Source: Antedon mediterranea
Taxonomy: Eukaryota; Animalia; Echinodermata
NCBI RefSeq assembly: GCF_964355755.1
Contig: NC_092673.1
Span: 33,415,648-33,479,647, forward strand
DNA length: 64,000 nucleotides
Reading direction: 5' to 3'
The translations under genes and the position numbers were made by a program. Shown piece after piece: positions 27,201 to 40,461 of the stretch (position 1 is the first letter of the stretch; every line of letters begins with the position of its first letter). A model generated the notes under the pieces. The model was not told where the DNA came from, searched no databases, and worked only from the letters and a program-made list of their open reading frames with translations.

Positions 27201-29949
27201 AGAGGACACTTTGTTTTGTCCTAAAGTTATCTCTTTAAGAGGGATTCTATTGTAATTTTTAACATTTTTGTTTATCTATAGATGATCCTAGCTTTGGAGT
27301 CACTCTGCACAACATGATACGTGATAGTTTACACAGATGGATTGTTTTAAATATTTACTGTATGAACGGACAACAACCAGTTCTTGATACAATGGTAGCT
27401 TGTATGGTACGTTCACACTATAAAGAATTTCTTAATTGAAAAGCCGTACAGCAATTATCATTCTTTTCGCTTAAGTCAAGACAGTTATATCTTAAGTGAA
27501 AAACGGAGGCTTGATTTCTTTTTATAATATGGAATGAAGAGAATGAAGATCTAAGATTTAAGAGAAAAATAATTTATTTTGACTTAAAACAAAAAAGTTT
27601 AGATGATTATTTTTTAGTTACATCTGATCTCTGGTTTATCACAATTATTTCAATATTCCTCAATGTGAATAATATACTCATGATTTGAGTTAGTTCCTCC
27701 AGCGTAACATTTTAAAATTTGTTCTCAATTTGTTCAATTAGCGCACTTGGATGGGGAATATTAACTCTGGATTTAGTAACATAATGATCTCAATGACAAC
27801 GCAGAATTTTGGTCAAATTATCAGCAATCTATCGATAACAGAGGCAGACATTCTTGAACATGTTGTAAGGACAGACACACAGCAAGAAATGGGTAAGCTA
27901 GAAAATTGTTTGAATTGGGCACACAGTATCTAAATTATTACTTTAGTAACAGACAGCATGAAACACCATTTGCAGACCAAGAACTGAGGCTTAGAGTAGT
28001 TCTATCAAGAATTTAAAGCTAGGTCCAAGCTTATTTGTTAACTACTTTGCTAATATCTTCAGTAACTTAAAATATATATGAATGTGTAAAAATGTTGAAT
28101 TATTTATTGTGGTTATTTTGTAGAAAGAGAATCAGAAGCTGTTGCTAGTTCTACATCTGAAGTTGAAAGAAAGACGTCTCGAAATGGAAACGCAAATAGT
28201 ACACAAGAAAACAACAGACCAGATGTAATTCTTTTTACATTTTTAAAATTATTTATGTATGAAGTCCACTATACTGTAAAGATTATTCCTTCAAAGTTAT
28301 GGATGGCTGACTTCATGAATATTCATGGTTAACTTGCCTCATGAATATTCATGGTTGACTTGCTTCATGAATAAGTAATGTTCTTTAAGTAAAAAAAATT
28401 TGAACACTATGAAAATAACTTAATTGAACTTGAATGTAATATTGCGTTTAGGCAATGGAAGTTGATGATGATGCAAATGAGGCGTCTGCTAATCTGGTAT
28501 CCTCAACTGTCTCGGAATCAGAACCAGACCGATCGACAATGAGGCAGTCTTCTAGAATGCAGGCAAATGGTGTTGACAGTACTGGAACGGTTCTTCTTGG
28601 AACTGAGAGATGGCATGCATCTGTACCAGTTGTACGTCAATGTTTTTCTTGCCTTGTTTTGTCATACTTACACAGACAAGTGGTAACGTTAAGCAGGAAA
28701 ACAAAATATAGAATTTATGTTGTTTTCTATGCTGATTTATGCAAATCACGGACGATATCCGGTTATGATTGATACATATTATACGTGAGATAAGCTATGC
28801 GGTTTCCCGCTTACCGTTAACGCAATGCTGTCTCAGTCAATGTCAACGAACTGTATTTTTACAACATTCCATTTCATGATATTTTTTGTAATGGCCTAAC
28901 CTTTGTTAAGAAAGTGTCTTATACCTGTTCAATTTGTTAATCATATATCATATTGGTATTAGAATAAATCAAAAAAGGAAATTGTAAATTGTGCCATTTA
29001 AAAAAAAAAAATCTTTATTTTGATGTTACCAGGATTGGGTTCCAGTTATTGAGCGTGACATCAATCGACAAAGACGGCAAGCTCCTCAAGCGGCCTTTAG
29101 TGATGCTTATCTTAGCACACTCCCTCCTAAGCGCATTAAGGTAAGTACATCTAGAATCTGAATCTGGAATGATCTTGATGACAAACTAAAGCATTTTAAA
29201 TCTCTATACTTTTTGTAAAAATTAAAAACAATATCTTATTTCTTTATACTAATTTAAATATTATTATGATTGTGGTACACTGAATGTATCTATTTTTATT
29301 GTCATTTTTATTGTCATCCTTTTTGTTTTTTTATTATTATTTTTATTATTATTTTTTATTATTTTAACAAGTAAATGTTATTAGTTTGTATGTATTGTTT
29401 GTGGGGTCTTTCTCGAGACAAGAAACTTGATTTCTTTTACAGAAGACCCCAAATGATGGTTTATTACCATGTTCATTTAAATACACACCTATGTTATACT
29501 CTACAATAATATGCCATTATTGAATAAATAAATGTTATTTTGAACATGATTATATTAGGAAGGTTTTGATTCAATGGCCAACTAACTAGGTCATGTCAAT
29601 CCCCCACTTTTTTCAATCCAATTTTTAGTTAAATCTTGTTTATTTCATAGAATTCTGTAACTTTTTAAATTATTTTATATGTTTTCTTTAGCTAATGCAA
29701 GATACTAAAGCACACATACAGAACGGTACCGATAAATTCCTAGAAGAGAGTTTATCCCGAGCGGTGAGCAGCGCGGGCGTGCAGCCCACGACCAGCCTTT
29801 CTGCGCTCATGCAAGACGTGAGAGAAGACGAGCAACTACAGGCAGCATGCGAAGACCAGGTGAAGAACGTCCTTAAACAACGTATACAAAAGGATACCGA
29901 CTATGACGCCACAAGATTTCCAAGTACAGAAAAATACTTGCGTAAATAG
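15260..29949 (+). CDS. BAG6: BAG6/BAT3/Scythe, large proline-rich ubiquitin-like chaperone, about 1340 aa, 21 coding exons
   Basis: Phase-consistent exons: 15260-15322, 15712-15753, 16298-16555, 16831-16902, 17113-17247, 17638-17861, 18140-18263, 18386-18550, 18974-19397, 19669-20043, 20412-20656, 24570-24798, 25199-25615, 26092-26261, 26547-26703, 27282-27406, 27742-27892, 28124-28224, 28452-28631, 29033-29140, 29692-29949. N-terminal UBL ([11 protein letters not shown]...[34 protein letters not shown]), SVDVHINL, the DUF3538-like helices, DWVPVIERD...[15 protein letters not shown] (NLS/TRC35-binding region) and C-terminal BAGS ([10 protein letters not shown]). Probable 5' UTR donor at 14738 and acceptor at 15223. 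Confidence 0.95.
17990..18100 (+). mobile_element. SINE 3' fragment in BAG6 intron 6
   Basis: GGGCCCTCTGGGAGAACAGTCTT...GAAGAGGTCGCCCAGTATAAATA matches the tail of the SINE at 5022-5332. Confidence 0.6.
19477..19637. mobile_element. About 160-bp MITE (TIR AGCTCTGTCTACACTATCAAAC), TA/TWA-flanked
   Basis: Terminal inverted repeats visible directly. The same family recurs at about 5490-5590, 36444-36599, 41753-41910 and 61507-61645. Confidence 0.8.
20937..24532 (+). mobile_element. 5'-truncated CR1-group LINE (outer element, interrupted at 22050/24148)
   Basis: RT from [16 protein letters not shown] through [12 protein letters not shown] and FADD, with a frameshift near 21890. The frame resumes after the insertion ([14 protein letters not shown]). 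3' UTR stem-loop at 24377-24421, (AAAC)n tail, candidate TSD ACTTATTT at 20929-20936 and 24533-24540. Confidence 0.85.
22051..24147 (-). mobile_element. 5'-truncated CR1-group (Crack/Daphne/L2-like) LINE, inner element, with an uninterrupted RT ORF
   Basis: ORF 22271-24163 contains [45 protein letters not shown] and FADD. No endonuclease domain. Flanked by the 15-bp direct repeat ATCTACTTTTGTTCA at 22036-22050 and 24148-24162. Confidence 0.92.
29150..29533 (+). mobile_element. Short 3' end of a third CR1-group LINE in the last BAG6 intron
   Basis: Degenerate ORF2 terminus ([15 protein letters not shown]...), T-rich UTR, stem-loop TGGGGTCTT...AAGACCCCA at 29402-29451, then AATAAATAAA. Confidence 0.6.
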
Positions 29950-30879
29950 GTATGACTAGATAGATAAATCATGCAATGTTGATTCTGTTCTGTACTTTAT
30001 TTTCTCTTATTATATTGCCATAGTAAGGTAACTGTTATTATTACAGTATATAATTGGATGTTAATAAGCAGTCAATATAATTTTAAGGGGGTACTTTAAA
30101 AAAAATAGTGACCTTGAAAGAGACTTAATTTTTAAATTTCATTATACATATTTGAAATGGTTTACTGCACGTGATACAATAATTACACTTAGTAGTGCAC
30201 ATTAGTAGTGTACCTTTCAGAAACTTCATAAAAAAATGTAACATTGTATATACATTTATTACTCAAGACACAATTGTAGTGTTGCTATCTTTCGTTGGAA
30301 TAAGTCTAAACCTATTCATTTAATGAGACTATTTTAAGGCAATTAATTAAAGCGTCTTTCACACCTGCTCAGGTCTGGCTCCGGCTCCAGTTCAAGTTTG
30401 TGTCAGATTGCGCGAACAGCATTAGTAAATTCAGCTACATGCATATCAAGTAAAACGATTAGGCAAATAGCTGCTTAGAGCGTCGTGAACGAACGAAACG
30501 AAACATTGACATGTGATTTTATTTGCCAGAGCCGCACCACCAGAGAGAAAGTGTTGAAGACAATTAAGGCTGTACAAGCATATAAAATATCAATCATTTA
30601 ATTATATTGACGTCTTAATATAAAAAATAAAAACATATTGTACAAAAATACCTAAAATATAATAAACTAAAAAAATAAAATGATAAGAATAATAATAATG
30701 ATAAACTAATAAATATAGAAACAGTTATAATCTTGTCATTCAAGTTCCAAAAAAGTAATTTGAATAATGAATAGAATACTGCATTAATTATCATCAATAT
30801 TATATAATCAAATATAAAGTTAATACAATCGGTAAACATACCTTAACTTTTATTTATGTACAAATGAAAATTGGTTATA

Positions 30880-31105
30880 CAGTTGAGTCTCCGTGAGCGG
30901 CCACCTATCGTAAGCGGCCACCTTTCTTTACGGCCTAAACAATAAAATACAATTAGCTGGAGGATTTAGAGGCCTGTTGCGTTAAGAATGCCAACAAATA
31001 TCGTGCATAGCCATATATGTGATTTTGTCCCTCTATCGGTAGAACCTCCCGTAAGCGGCCACTTTTCCCGGTCCCAAAGGTGGCCGCTTATGGGAGTTTC
31101 AAGTG
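30880..31105. mobile_element. TA-flanked Tc1/mariner/pogo-type MITE
   Basis: TA|CAGTTGAGTCTCCGTGAGCGGCCACC ... GGTGGCCGCTTATGGGAGTTTCAAGTG|TA, with internal repeats of TAAGCGGCCACC. Confidence 0.7.
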
Positions 31106-32782
31106 TATACTGTAACACTGTAAACTTAGCTTAAGTGAGAAGATATAAATTGTTTAGGCTGACTAGTTGGGCAAGAGTGGGGTTTGTGAGGAGTAGGGTA
31201 GGTACAACCGAAAGACTGCTGTGAAATCTGTTCAAAGTTGCTCAAATGTGGAGGGGTTGGCAAGCCTAGAACCATAATATAGAGTTTGGACGGTTGCCTG
31301 GCTAAGAAATTGTAGGTAAAAGTTTTCTAAAACCCAGTGAGGCCCTTTTTCTTGGTTTTTTAGATCAAGAAAACTAAGTCTTAGTTTTCTAGAAAACAAG
31401 GTTGGGCAGTGACGATCATACGATGATTTGTATTTTAGGAAAAGTTAAGAAAATTAGTTTTTTAGACAACCTGTTTAGGCCCCAGTGACAGTTAATGATG
31501 GTCTAAAATATCTAAATACTGTACCTAGTGGACACTCTTCATGTTCCAACTGCTTGAACAAGTTGTTACCTTTGCATTCCTATTGTTTATATAGGTGTAA
31601 GCTAATAGTGAAAATATATGCCTATCATATTTGAAATATTTTATTACAGTATTTAGTTTTTAGTAACATCTGTGAGTATCAAAAGTTGGTGAATTACATT
31701 TTAAAATTTCGTTTTTCTGTGTATGTACAGTTTAGGGAAAGACTTCTTTTAATTATTTAAACCTGAACATGCTTCTGCTAAAGGTGACTCGATTTTAATG
31801 ATTTTTATCATTAAAATCAAGTCTACTTTTAATACTAATAAAGCTTGACACATTGTTGAATTTTGTGTATTCTTCAAATTTATGCTTTTTGGTTTTTATA
31901 TTTAAGTTTAGGGTTTGCCTCAAGTCTGTAGTTATTGTCTTTTTTATGTTAGTCCACCAGTCGGCGTTTTGATTTTTTTAGCTCAAGTATTATACGTATG
32001 AAACGCCATATGTGGAAAAGTATATATATTTACTAATTTCATTCTAGAACTTTGACCACGGGAAATTTGTAATGTATGTTTATAGATGCTAAAAAGTGCG
32101 TTAATTAGAATCAAGATGTCCAAAAGTATCAAGATGTCCAATATTATGGTCATTTATTAATTCAGTAGATTCCGTTATTGATTCTCATTGCTGTACTGTA
32201 CATATGGAAATATATGTCCAGTATCAAGTCAAATTTCGTGATACAGCGTCCCATGTGTCATCACGTGTGGTCCAGTATCATGAAAAGTTAGATTAAGGGT
32301 TTAGGATCTATGATACAGGCGTCACACATGAAACACATGAGATACTGTATCACAGATTTTGTCTATGATACTCACATTTAGAAACAGTACCCGAGAATCG
32401 GCTGCCATCGAAGACAAAAAATAATGAAAGGACATTATCATGGCAACTTAGATATACTGTACATACAGTATCATTGCGTACACTGTAAACAACCATTTAA
32501 AAATATAACTTGTTGGTGTTCAAAGAGAGGGCTAGAACAGGCCTCACAATATTTGACCAAGGTAATCTACAACAAGAGCTGAGCTCGCTTTGCCAAGATA
32601 GACACTCGTAACCATCCTTTGATCTTATGTATGGCTGCGACAAATACCAACAGTACCATACATATTCTCCGCAGTGAACGGTGTCTTTTAGTGCCGTGAT
32701 GTATCGCAGCCTCAGATACACAAAACACTTTGATCTCCGGAGCTCAGCATCCTGTTAGATTGCCTTGATTGGACGAACTACT

Positions 32783-34153
32783 TTACGCTTCAGTCGCAGA
32801 AGACGCATTGATATCAGAAAGGTCAACATCTTTGTTTTCTGGAGGAGGAGCACCAGTTTCCTCATTAACTTTTGCTGTGTCATCTTCATTTACAGCTTTA
32901 TACTTGTTTTGGACAAATTTCACATAAACCAGATAGCCCAACACTAGAGTACATCCTTCGATAAGCGTGGTAATGGTGATTAACAGAGGCATTCGAGAGA
33001 CAAGATCAGCCTCCGGTTGAGGGTATGCAAATCTGATAACAGTCGTCGCCAGAACACTGTTTTGAATTCCTGTCTCCAGTGCTATTGTGATGGCTTGCTC
33101 ACGCTCTCGTCGTGTGATCTTCGAAATGCCGAAACCAAGTAAGCCGCCTACGAGTGGGTATAGGAAACAAACGAGCCATATCTGCCAGGAACCTTGGAAA
33201 ACGTAAAGATTCGACGGCACACCTAGACCCGTTGAAACAAATATCAGAACATACGCGAACGGTTTTAGGAGACAAAGGCATACGTTTTTAACTTTTGAGA
33301 GTTTGTATCGGATGAAGATTCCTACTAAGGCAGGCGCGACCATCAGCGCAAATTGTTGAATCATTTCCTTAAAAGGCGTTTTTAAAGCTTCGTCACCGTC
33401 AACAAATCTCTCCGCGTAGATAAAGAGATTCAAAGGCATGAAGGCGAGCGCAGCTATCGTTGAACAAAATGTCATTGTTAGGCTTAAGATAAAGTCACAA
33501 TCAAGAAGCAACGTAAATATGTTACTGAACCATCCGCCTGGGCATGACCCCTCGACTAAGAGACCGACGGCAGACTGACGGTTATCTGATAAGATAGCAT
33601 TAGCTAAGCAAAATGCTAACAACGGCATGACGATGAACTGGCATAACATGCCAATAGAAACGCCTACTGGACGTCGAAGATGTCCCCAGATGACCTTCAG
33701 GTCAAGTTTAGTACCCATACTGACGTACGATATCAGTAACCATATTAGAAGAAAATACGTGAAGATGAAATTTAGTATCGTTGGTGTACGTAGAACTTTG
33801 ACGACTTCTTCGAATTCGCTTGATTCAGAGCTAATGATTTTGATGGTTAGGATTTCGACTCCTACAGACAAGCCAATGATGGTGGCATTGAAGGATACGG
33901 TATCTGATGGCAGGACATCCAAGGATATGACGTCAGGTTCCACTGTGAAAACGTGTTGATCCGAACTTTTAAGTTCTATGGTAATGTTGTGTCGTGCTTG
34001 GTCTTGCTTGACGTGGAAGGTAATTGTTTTTGTTAATTTCTCAAATGTTTTGAGAAAGCCTTCATCCATCCCTTCATAGGTAGCTTCCAGAGTATACCCA
34101 TCTACGGGTACAGTCAACGCCATCATAAGAAATGGAATAATTTCTTTAAACAT
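32783..34153 (-). CDS. SLC10-family sodium/bile acid cotransporter (SLC10A3/A5 'P3'-like), 456 aa, single coding exon
   Basis: Signal-peptide-like N-terminus and about 100-aa ectodomain, then the SBF domain: MGTKL, RRPVGVSIGMLCQFIVMPLLAF, CPGG..SN, LSLTMT..ST..ALAFMPLNL, TIALETGIQN. Splice acceptor TTCTAG|A immediately precedes the ATG. Confidence 0.93.
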   Translation of the reverse strand: MFKEIIPFLMMALTVPVDGYTLEATYEGMDEGFLKTFEKLTKTITFHVKQDQARHNITIELKSSDQHVFTVEPDVISLDVLPSDTVSFNATIIGLSVGVEILTIKIISSESSEFEEVVKVLRTPTILNFIFTYFLLIWLLISYVSMGTKLDLKVIWGHLRRPVGVSIGMLCQFIVMPLLAFCLANAILSDNRQSAVGLLVEGSCPGGWFSNIFTLLLDCDFILSLTMTFCSTIAALAFMPLNLFIYAERFVDGDEALKTPFKEMIQQFALMVAPALVGIFIRYKLSKVKNVCLCLLKPFAYVLIFVSTGLGVPSNLYVFQGSWQIWLVCFLYPLVGGLLGFGISKITRREREQAITIALETGIQNSVLATTVIRFAYPQPEADLVSRMPLLITITTLIEGCTLVLGYLVYVKFVQNKYKAVNEDDTAKVNEETGAPPPENKDVDLSDINASSATEA

Positions 34154-36443
34154 TCTAGAAGATAAAAAGTAGAAACAAAAATAAATATTTTAATTCTTGT
34201 ATTCCCTTATTATTAAAACCGTATTGATTGTGGAATTCACACAACCACTACAATATACTATTACATGACCGTATACATTTTCCTAGAATTATTTTTTATT
34301 CAATCGTACAGTGACGTAGGCCGATCTTTTAAGAACATTTTACAGTATTTTTTTTTCTGATACCGTTCAGGAGTTACGATTATTTAATTAACATGGTGTC
34401 CTGAAATCCCTTGACACGCTATGTTATTTTTGTTTTTTACGCTCGTCTGGTTACGATTTTTTGTTATCTCTGGAAGATGGCTTCCGTAGCATGAACATGT
34501 ATTATTATTATTATTATTATTATTTCAGAATCTCTGGTGGTCCAAAGAATTCGTATGAATTTAAACAAATTTAAATAAAAGTATTTAAGTGACAGACATA
34601 CTGTGCCTATATTCGTCATTCTGTTTCGTTAAACAATTTATTCTCAATTGGTACTTCTTGTTTTCTTTTCTACGATTTTTAATTTTACCACCAGGCGCAA
34701 AGTTTGCGCGCACGTATACAAGCTGTCATAACTACAGAGTAATTTTAACGCGTCCGTACACGTCACAAACGGTATTATATCCGACAGTTCAATATCGTTT
34801 ACTGAACTTTACTAACCTATGCCGTGGTCCTCGAGGCTTCTTTTAGCCTAGGCATACCGGTACGTTTTCTCCGGGGCACAAAAGTTCAACCAATAACTTG
34901 AAACTAAAGATATGTTTTGAGTTATTTAATCTGCACTCGTTATAATGAAATTATCATATCAAAATGTCACGGTTGTGAATAACAGTGAGCTAAGGTCCTT
35001 TATATTGTGGCACCCATGGGAGCTAAAATTCCCGCAGGCCAAGTATCGTATTGGATTAATATTTCCTATAGACTTACCAAAGAACGAAGTGAAATATAAC
35101 TTATTTAAAGTTATACTTTCCTAATGTATCACTCAAACTAGGTTTGATAATAATAATGTATAATTTTTTAATTTAAATTATTATTATTATTACACAACTA
35201 TTTCGTTTTAGAGAAAGATTACATTATTCATTTTTGTTTTCATTATTTAAATCACAATAATGTATAATATGGAGGGATAGTATGAATATCTTTTATTTTA
35301 CAATTCCTGCTTAGAGTCCAAAGTCCACAATATCGACCGATGTGTGTGTACGCGCGCGTACCAAAGTTTTGACTTAAATACCATTTTCACAACGTTTAGT
35401 ATCGAAGTGAATTATGGTAGGGCACCCACTAAACTAGGCCTATATGTACAGGATTTTTCAGGGACTGACTTATGGTAAGTTTTGTCATACAATTGTTATT
35501 TACGTGTTTGATGTTTTGTGGATAGGCATGTTTTAGAACACGTATAAAGTTAAATGATTCATTGAATTTTCATCGAGTCAGTCAATAACCTATTGAAATT
35601 ACACGGTGTGGTTACATTTTTCTTACATTTAGATTCAGTTTGAACATACAAATTATAACAATAACATAGAGGAGGAACGAAATTGACAGGATAAATTCGT
35701 GTTTTCAAAACGTTACGTTTTAAAGAGTTACTTTTAATCAATATCCTATTATAGGCCCATTATGTTTTTTTACTGTATTTTTTTACGATTGCTCAGTCTA
35801 TTATTAGTTGGATCATATATTTTTCTTCTTATACTTACAACGTAGTGCCAGGAAAACTTTTCATTCATCATGTTCTTAACAATTTCGGGTGAATATCCTT
35901 GCATAGTCCTATAATGTTATTTTTTCAAAATTGAGTAATATAGTTTCGTTGAATTGTTTTGTCATACATAACGATCCAGTTTTATGACACGATATAACTG
36001 GGGTACCGAATAATTGTTTCCTAAATGTCTACGTCAGATGGGTAACCTAAAACATGTTGGTGTTGTTGTTATTTATTATTTGTATACAACTTAATGCATG
36101 ACAAATCTAGAAAATACGTGTATTCAAACGGCTAAAAATCAAAAATTAAAAACGAATATAGCCTACCGCTACATATATTTTTTCATCGCTGGTTCAACAA
36201 CAATTAGCCGCTTCTGTGTTCTGATGTCTATAGGTAAATTATATGATACAGTACCGCCTGTTTCACATGTAACGCGTGGCACATACTATAATAAACAAAC
36301 ATAATACGACGTCACATGTTATGGTGCCTATATTACCGGAGAGTGCCATGTGGAGATGATACAGGGAATCATATACAGTGTAAACCTCTTTTGGGGAAGA
36401 AAATACCGTATTATAATGGTCATCCATAAAATGTTCTTCTTTA

Positions 36444-36599
36444 AGCTCTGTCTACATTATCAAATTAGTTTGACAAAAGAAGTGTGCCCAAATAATGGAA
36501 GTGATATACTTAAATATGGTAGTGATATGACATCATCATGTTCATATATGGGCACATCACATGTTGTTATCACATAAGTTTGATAGTGTAGACAGAGCT
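36444..36599. mobile_element. MITE, same family as 19477-19637
   Basis: AGCTCTGTCTACATTATCAAA ... TTTGATAGTGTAGACAGAGCT. Confidence 0.8.
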
Positions 36600-36675
36600 T
36601 TACAGCAGGTTATTAATATCCTACGGCTTTGCTTGGACAGGACAAATCTCGTTTTTTAAAGAAAGGGCAGAAAGG

Positions 36676-37309
36676 TTAAAGACCCCTTCCCTGCAATTTT
36701 GGACGTTTTTTGGAAAATAATACATATATATCACTTTAAAAACATTAAACCATGTCATTCCTTGTCTTAAATGTACGTTTTATGGTAAATTATGATAAAA
36801 AGTGAGAAACAATGCACTACCTAAGTAGCTCGCGGCGATCGACCTCTCGTGGACGGTCTTAGGCCTAGCCTAGCTAGGCTTAGTTTTGTAGGCCTAGCTG
36901 GTAAACATCGGTAACGTACGAACATCGTACGCTACCTATATACCTAGCCTGACGTTGTATAGTTGCTGCATTAATTGTCTTTCTATTTTTGCCAGACTCC
37001 GTTGATACAAATTGGGGAAAACCCGGTATTTTCGCTGAAAAGTTAGGAGTCTTCCATTTGTTTTGGCCTCACGATCGATCGAAAAGTGGGCGAATTACAG
37101 GTGAAAAACAAAAATATCAATCCGCGCGCAATGCATTTTGGGATTTATAGCGGGCCGCTATAATTATTAGAATCGACTTATTTTTCACATTTTTAACCGT
37201 TTAAAGACGAAAAAAGTTATCGCAATAGGACCATATAGTATTATTTTTACATTAAATATAGTTTGTGATCTTAAATTAGATCTAAAAAACGTAGGGAATG
37301 GGGCTTTAA
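36676..37309. mobile_element. TTAA-flanked non-autonomous DNA transposon (Kolobok-like)
   Basis: TTAA|AGACCCCTTCCCT ... AGGGAATGGGGCT|TTAA imperfect TIRs, with a CpG-rich interior. Confidence 0.6.
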
Positions 37310-38615
37310 GTGAAGCGGAAATAAAGATCACCAGTACATTTGTTTTTCATTGCTGCAAGTCAATTCAATTTCTCTATACAGTTTGACATAAATCATTTTG
37401 CATCAACCAACTTCTTTTATAGACAATGACATGACATATACCCCACTCCATCTTAATCTGTTTTTAATATAGGTAATCGAATTTTGATGAACTTTAGACA
37501 TCTTTATTCGGTTGAATGTTTTTTTTTTTTTATGTGTCGCCATAATATAGGCCTACTATGTCCAAGGGTTTGGATGGATGGCCGTATAGTGTAAAAAAGC
37601 ATGTTCCCATCCCTCATTCGTTTCATGGGAAAATGTTCCCATGGCCCTAAATAGAAGGGCTGTCCCAGGTATAGGAGTGCCCCCTTCTTTCATTATCATT
37701 ATATTTATGTTATATCATAATTCAATGCCTTGTTTATTTAAAGAATCGCATTCCATGCACTGTGCTTGCGGGATTACGACCCATCAGCAGGTGCAACTAC
37801 CCGAGTTGACAGTAACAATAATAATATTCCCTTAGTGAATACTGAAATTTCAGACTAAACCACCTGCACTATTTCTTACATAGTAAAAAGTTCATAAATT
37901 TTGTTTTATTTTCCGTGAACATGAAGACTGTCTCTATGCTAGAAATGTCACTGTACCTTAAAATAGCCTAAATTAGGGTTTGAATAATAATAAAATTAAT
38001 GTTGTTCGTATTTATAAATTAATTATTATTAAATTATATTTTTTAAATATATGTCAGTACATTAGGCTAAACGGCTCAGTTCTTTAAATATGTATTGTCA
38101 CTATGGAAAAAATAATTCTTAATTAAAACAATTTATGTTGTCATTTTATAAATAAACACTTTTTTTTCGTTTTATTTCTATGGAAGTGATTTACTTTATT
38201 CAAACTACAAACTCATTTTCATGATTTTGGGGAAGAATTCATCTTTAAGTGTTCTTAAAAAACCATACTCTAATGATTTGGGAAATTGTCTGAAATGTTA
38301 TACATCGGTATTCCGCAAGATCAAACCGTGTTTTACTCATAATAGTTATACGGTATCTTTCGTTTATTTGTTGCTCCAAATGCTATACTTCCTGATATAA
38401 TAAAGTAGCCTACAGCTTTTCCTTTATATTCATTTTGTATTCAATAGAATTTAAAATTACAAATAATGTCACACAATCCAAGTAACCTGTCTTGTAAATG
38501 CAGGAATTACAACAAGAAACTCATTCAAAAGAAAAACAGATAGTAGATCATAATAAAGGTATTGTTAATAAGGTAGACACATAATTCACATATTCACTAC
38601 CGTATATAGTACTTC

Positions 38616-38827
38616 AGCGTGGTTCCCACTAGCGACGCAACGCAACGCCACGACGTATTGACGCAAAGTGCTGTATTGCGTAATCACAAGTAAGAACCGA
38701 CGACGCAAGAATGCTGCAAACATCACAGGTTTTATTTCACGCAGAAGGGGGAAACACAATTATTAGAAGGGCATTTTCTTACGTTGTATGGGTTGTGCTA
38801 CGTTGCGTCGCTAGTGGGAACCAAGCT
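38616..38827. mobile_element. PIF/Harbinger-like MITE
   Basis: AGCGTGGTTCCCACTAGCGACGCAACG ... CGTTGCGTCGCTAGTGGGAACCAAGCT. Diverged relatives at about 39240-39390 and 47608-47768. Confidence 0.75.
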
Positions 38828-40362
38828 TTAGCATTCCAAATGATTCTGCATTTAAGCCAATTCACACGGACGACCGGCAGCGATGAGCGGAAAATCTAGG
38901 CTAAGCAGGTTTCAGGTTTTCACTTATATGTTTTTGTTAGTAAACATGTTGCTCTATTGGCTACCCTTGAGGGTAAATGTGATTTTAGTGACTTCACATA
39001 AACTGTTGAATAAACACATGCATAGACATTCCAAGTCCATGTATTTGGAGTAAGATTCCTTGGATGAATGAAGTTCTGGCTTAGAAAAGAAAAATGTCCG
39101 TTCGCTCTAAAGGCCAATTTACACAGAAGAGCAGTATACGGTAATAAAACATATAGAATTATAGTATTATTCCTTATGACTATTTAGGCCTAAACATAAC
39201 GCAGACGGGCGGTTCCTTGCTCTGTGTAAATTTGTCTTTGGTTCCCCCCCCCCCCCCCCCATAGGACGCAACGCAGGTACGTAAGCGCAACGGAAGTGAG
39301 TTGACTCAGGCAAGCTACAGTTCAGATGAGACGAAATTGGTCAAATTACTTGCGTTCAAATTACTTGCAACCAAGCTGGAACTCCATAATCAACATTATA
39401 AATTATCTAATTTCCATAAAAAAATACCATCTGTAGGCCTGCATTCATTATTGCTAATAGCCGTTAGTTACTCGTATCTTATCGATCATAAATAAATCCC
39501 AGTAAAATAATATTTTCTAAACCATATTGTCGATTATGTGAAATCTAGATAAATAATCAATAAACATATCAATAAATTAAACATTCAAGTATGGTAATAG
39601 GCCTACAGAAATATTAATAGTAATTTTATGTTTTGTTTTATGAATTACATTTTTGTCACTATAATAATGTTTATTTGTGAGAGATTCTTAAAATATTTCC
39701 TGTATAATATTATTTTATGTCCGTCATAGCGTTCCATACTATACCGAATCTTACTTTCTAACAGTTTCATTATTTTGTTAATTGTTAAAAGGGTTTATTA
39801 TCAATCGTTTCCTATATTTAAAAAATTAAGGCCTATATTCTAAAACATTCAACGTTTTGCAATTATTGATTTTACCTTAATTCTCAATAGATGCTCAATT
39901 TGAATAAGTGGGCGATAAAAAATAAAATAGACCTTTTGTCACCAGGCAGAATGAGTTCCACACTTCTATGACAAGACAATGCAATCAATGTACTGTATGT
40001 GAAATAAAATAAAATAGGCCCATTGGCCAATGTTACTCATACAATAAATTTGAATGAAGAACGTTGAGTTTTTTTAAATAAGAAAATGACAACAGATTAC
40101 GGAGACTCAAGAAACAAGAACTAAGAAACATGAGTTTCGATCGGTCGTCGTCATATATTGAAAGAAAAACTAATTATACTGCGATTAATGTTAATTATAT
40201 AAGTAAATGTTATATAATATAAGAATATCCAACATAAATAAAGTAGCTTGAAGAATTATTTTAATTCTTCGTATAAAATTTAAGTTTATATATTTCACAG
40301 ATTCAAATGTAGTTAATTATTCGCGGTTAATAATAATAATAGGTTAATAATAGGTTACCTAC

Positions 40363-40461
40363 CTGGTTTCAGAAACGTTTGTTAGTATTAACCTGTTGAC
40401 TCGGAGGCGAACAGACAACTAAGTTATCTATAGAAAGTCAGCGTTTATATAGGCTACCAAT
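40363..40461 (-). promoter_or_regulatory. Probable promoter and non-coding first exon of the SLC10 gene
   Basis: CCAAT at 40457-40461, minus-strand TATATAAA at 40444-40451, donor CCAG|GTAGGT at 40363/40362. Fits the otherwise unpaired acceptor at 34155. Confidence 0.55.

Noticed and set aside
15260-34153. Proto-MHC synteny around BAG6
   Set aside because: No other MHC class III or paralogon marker gene is recognisable in the window.
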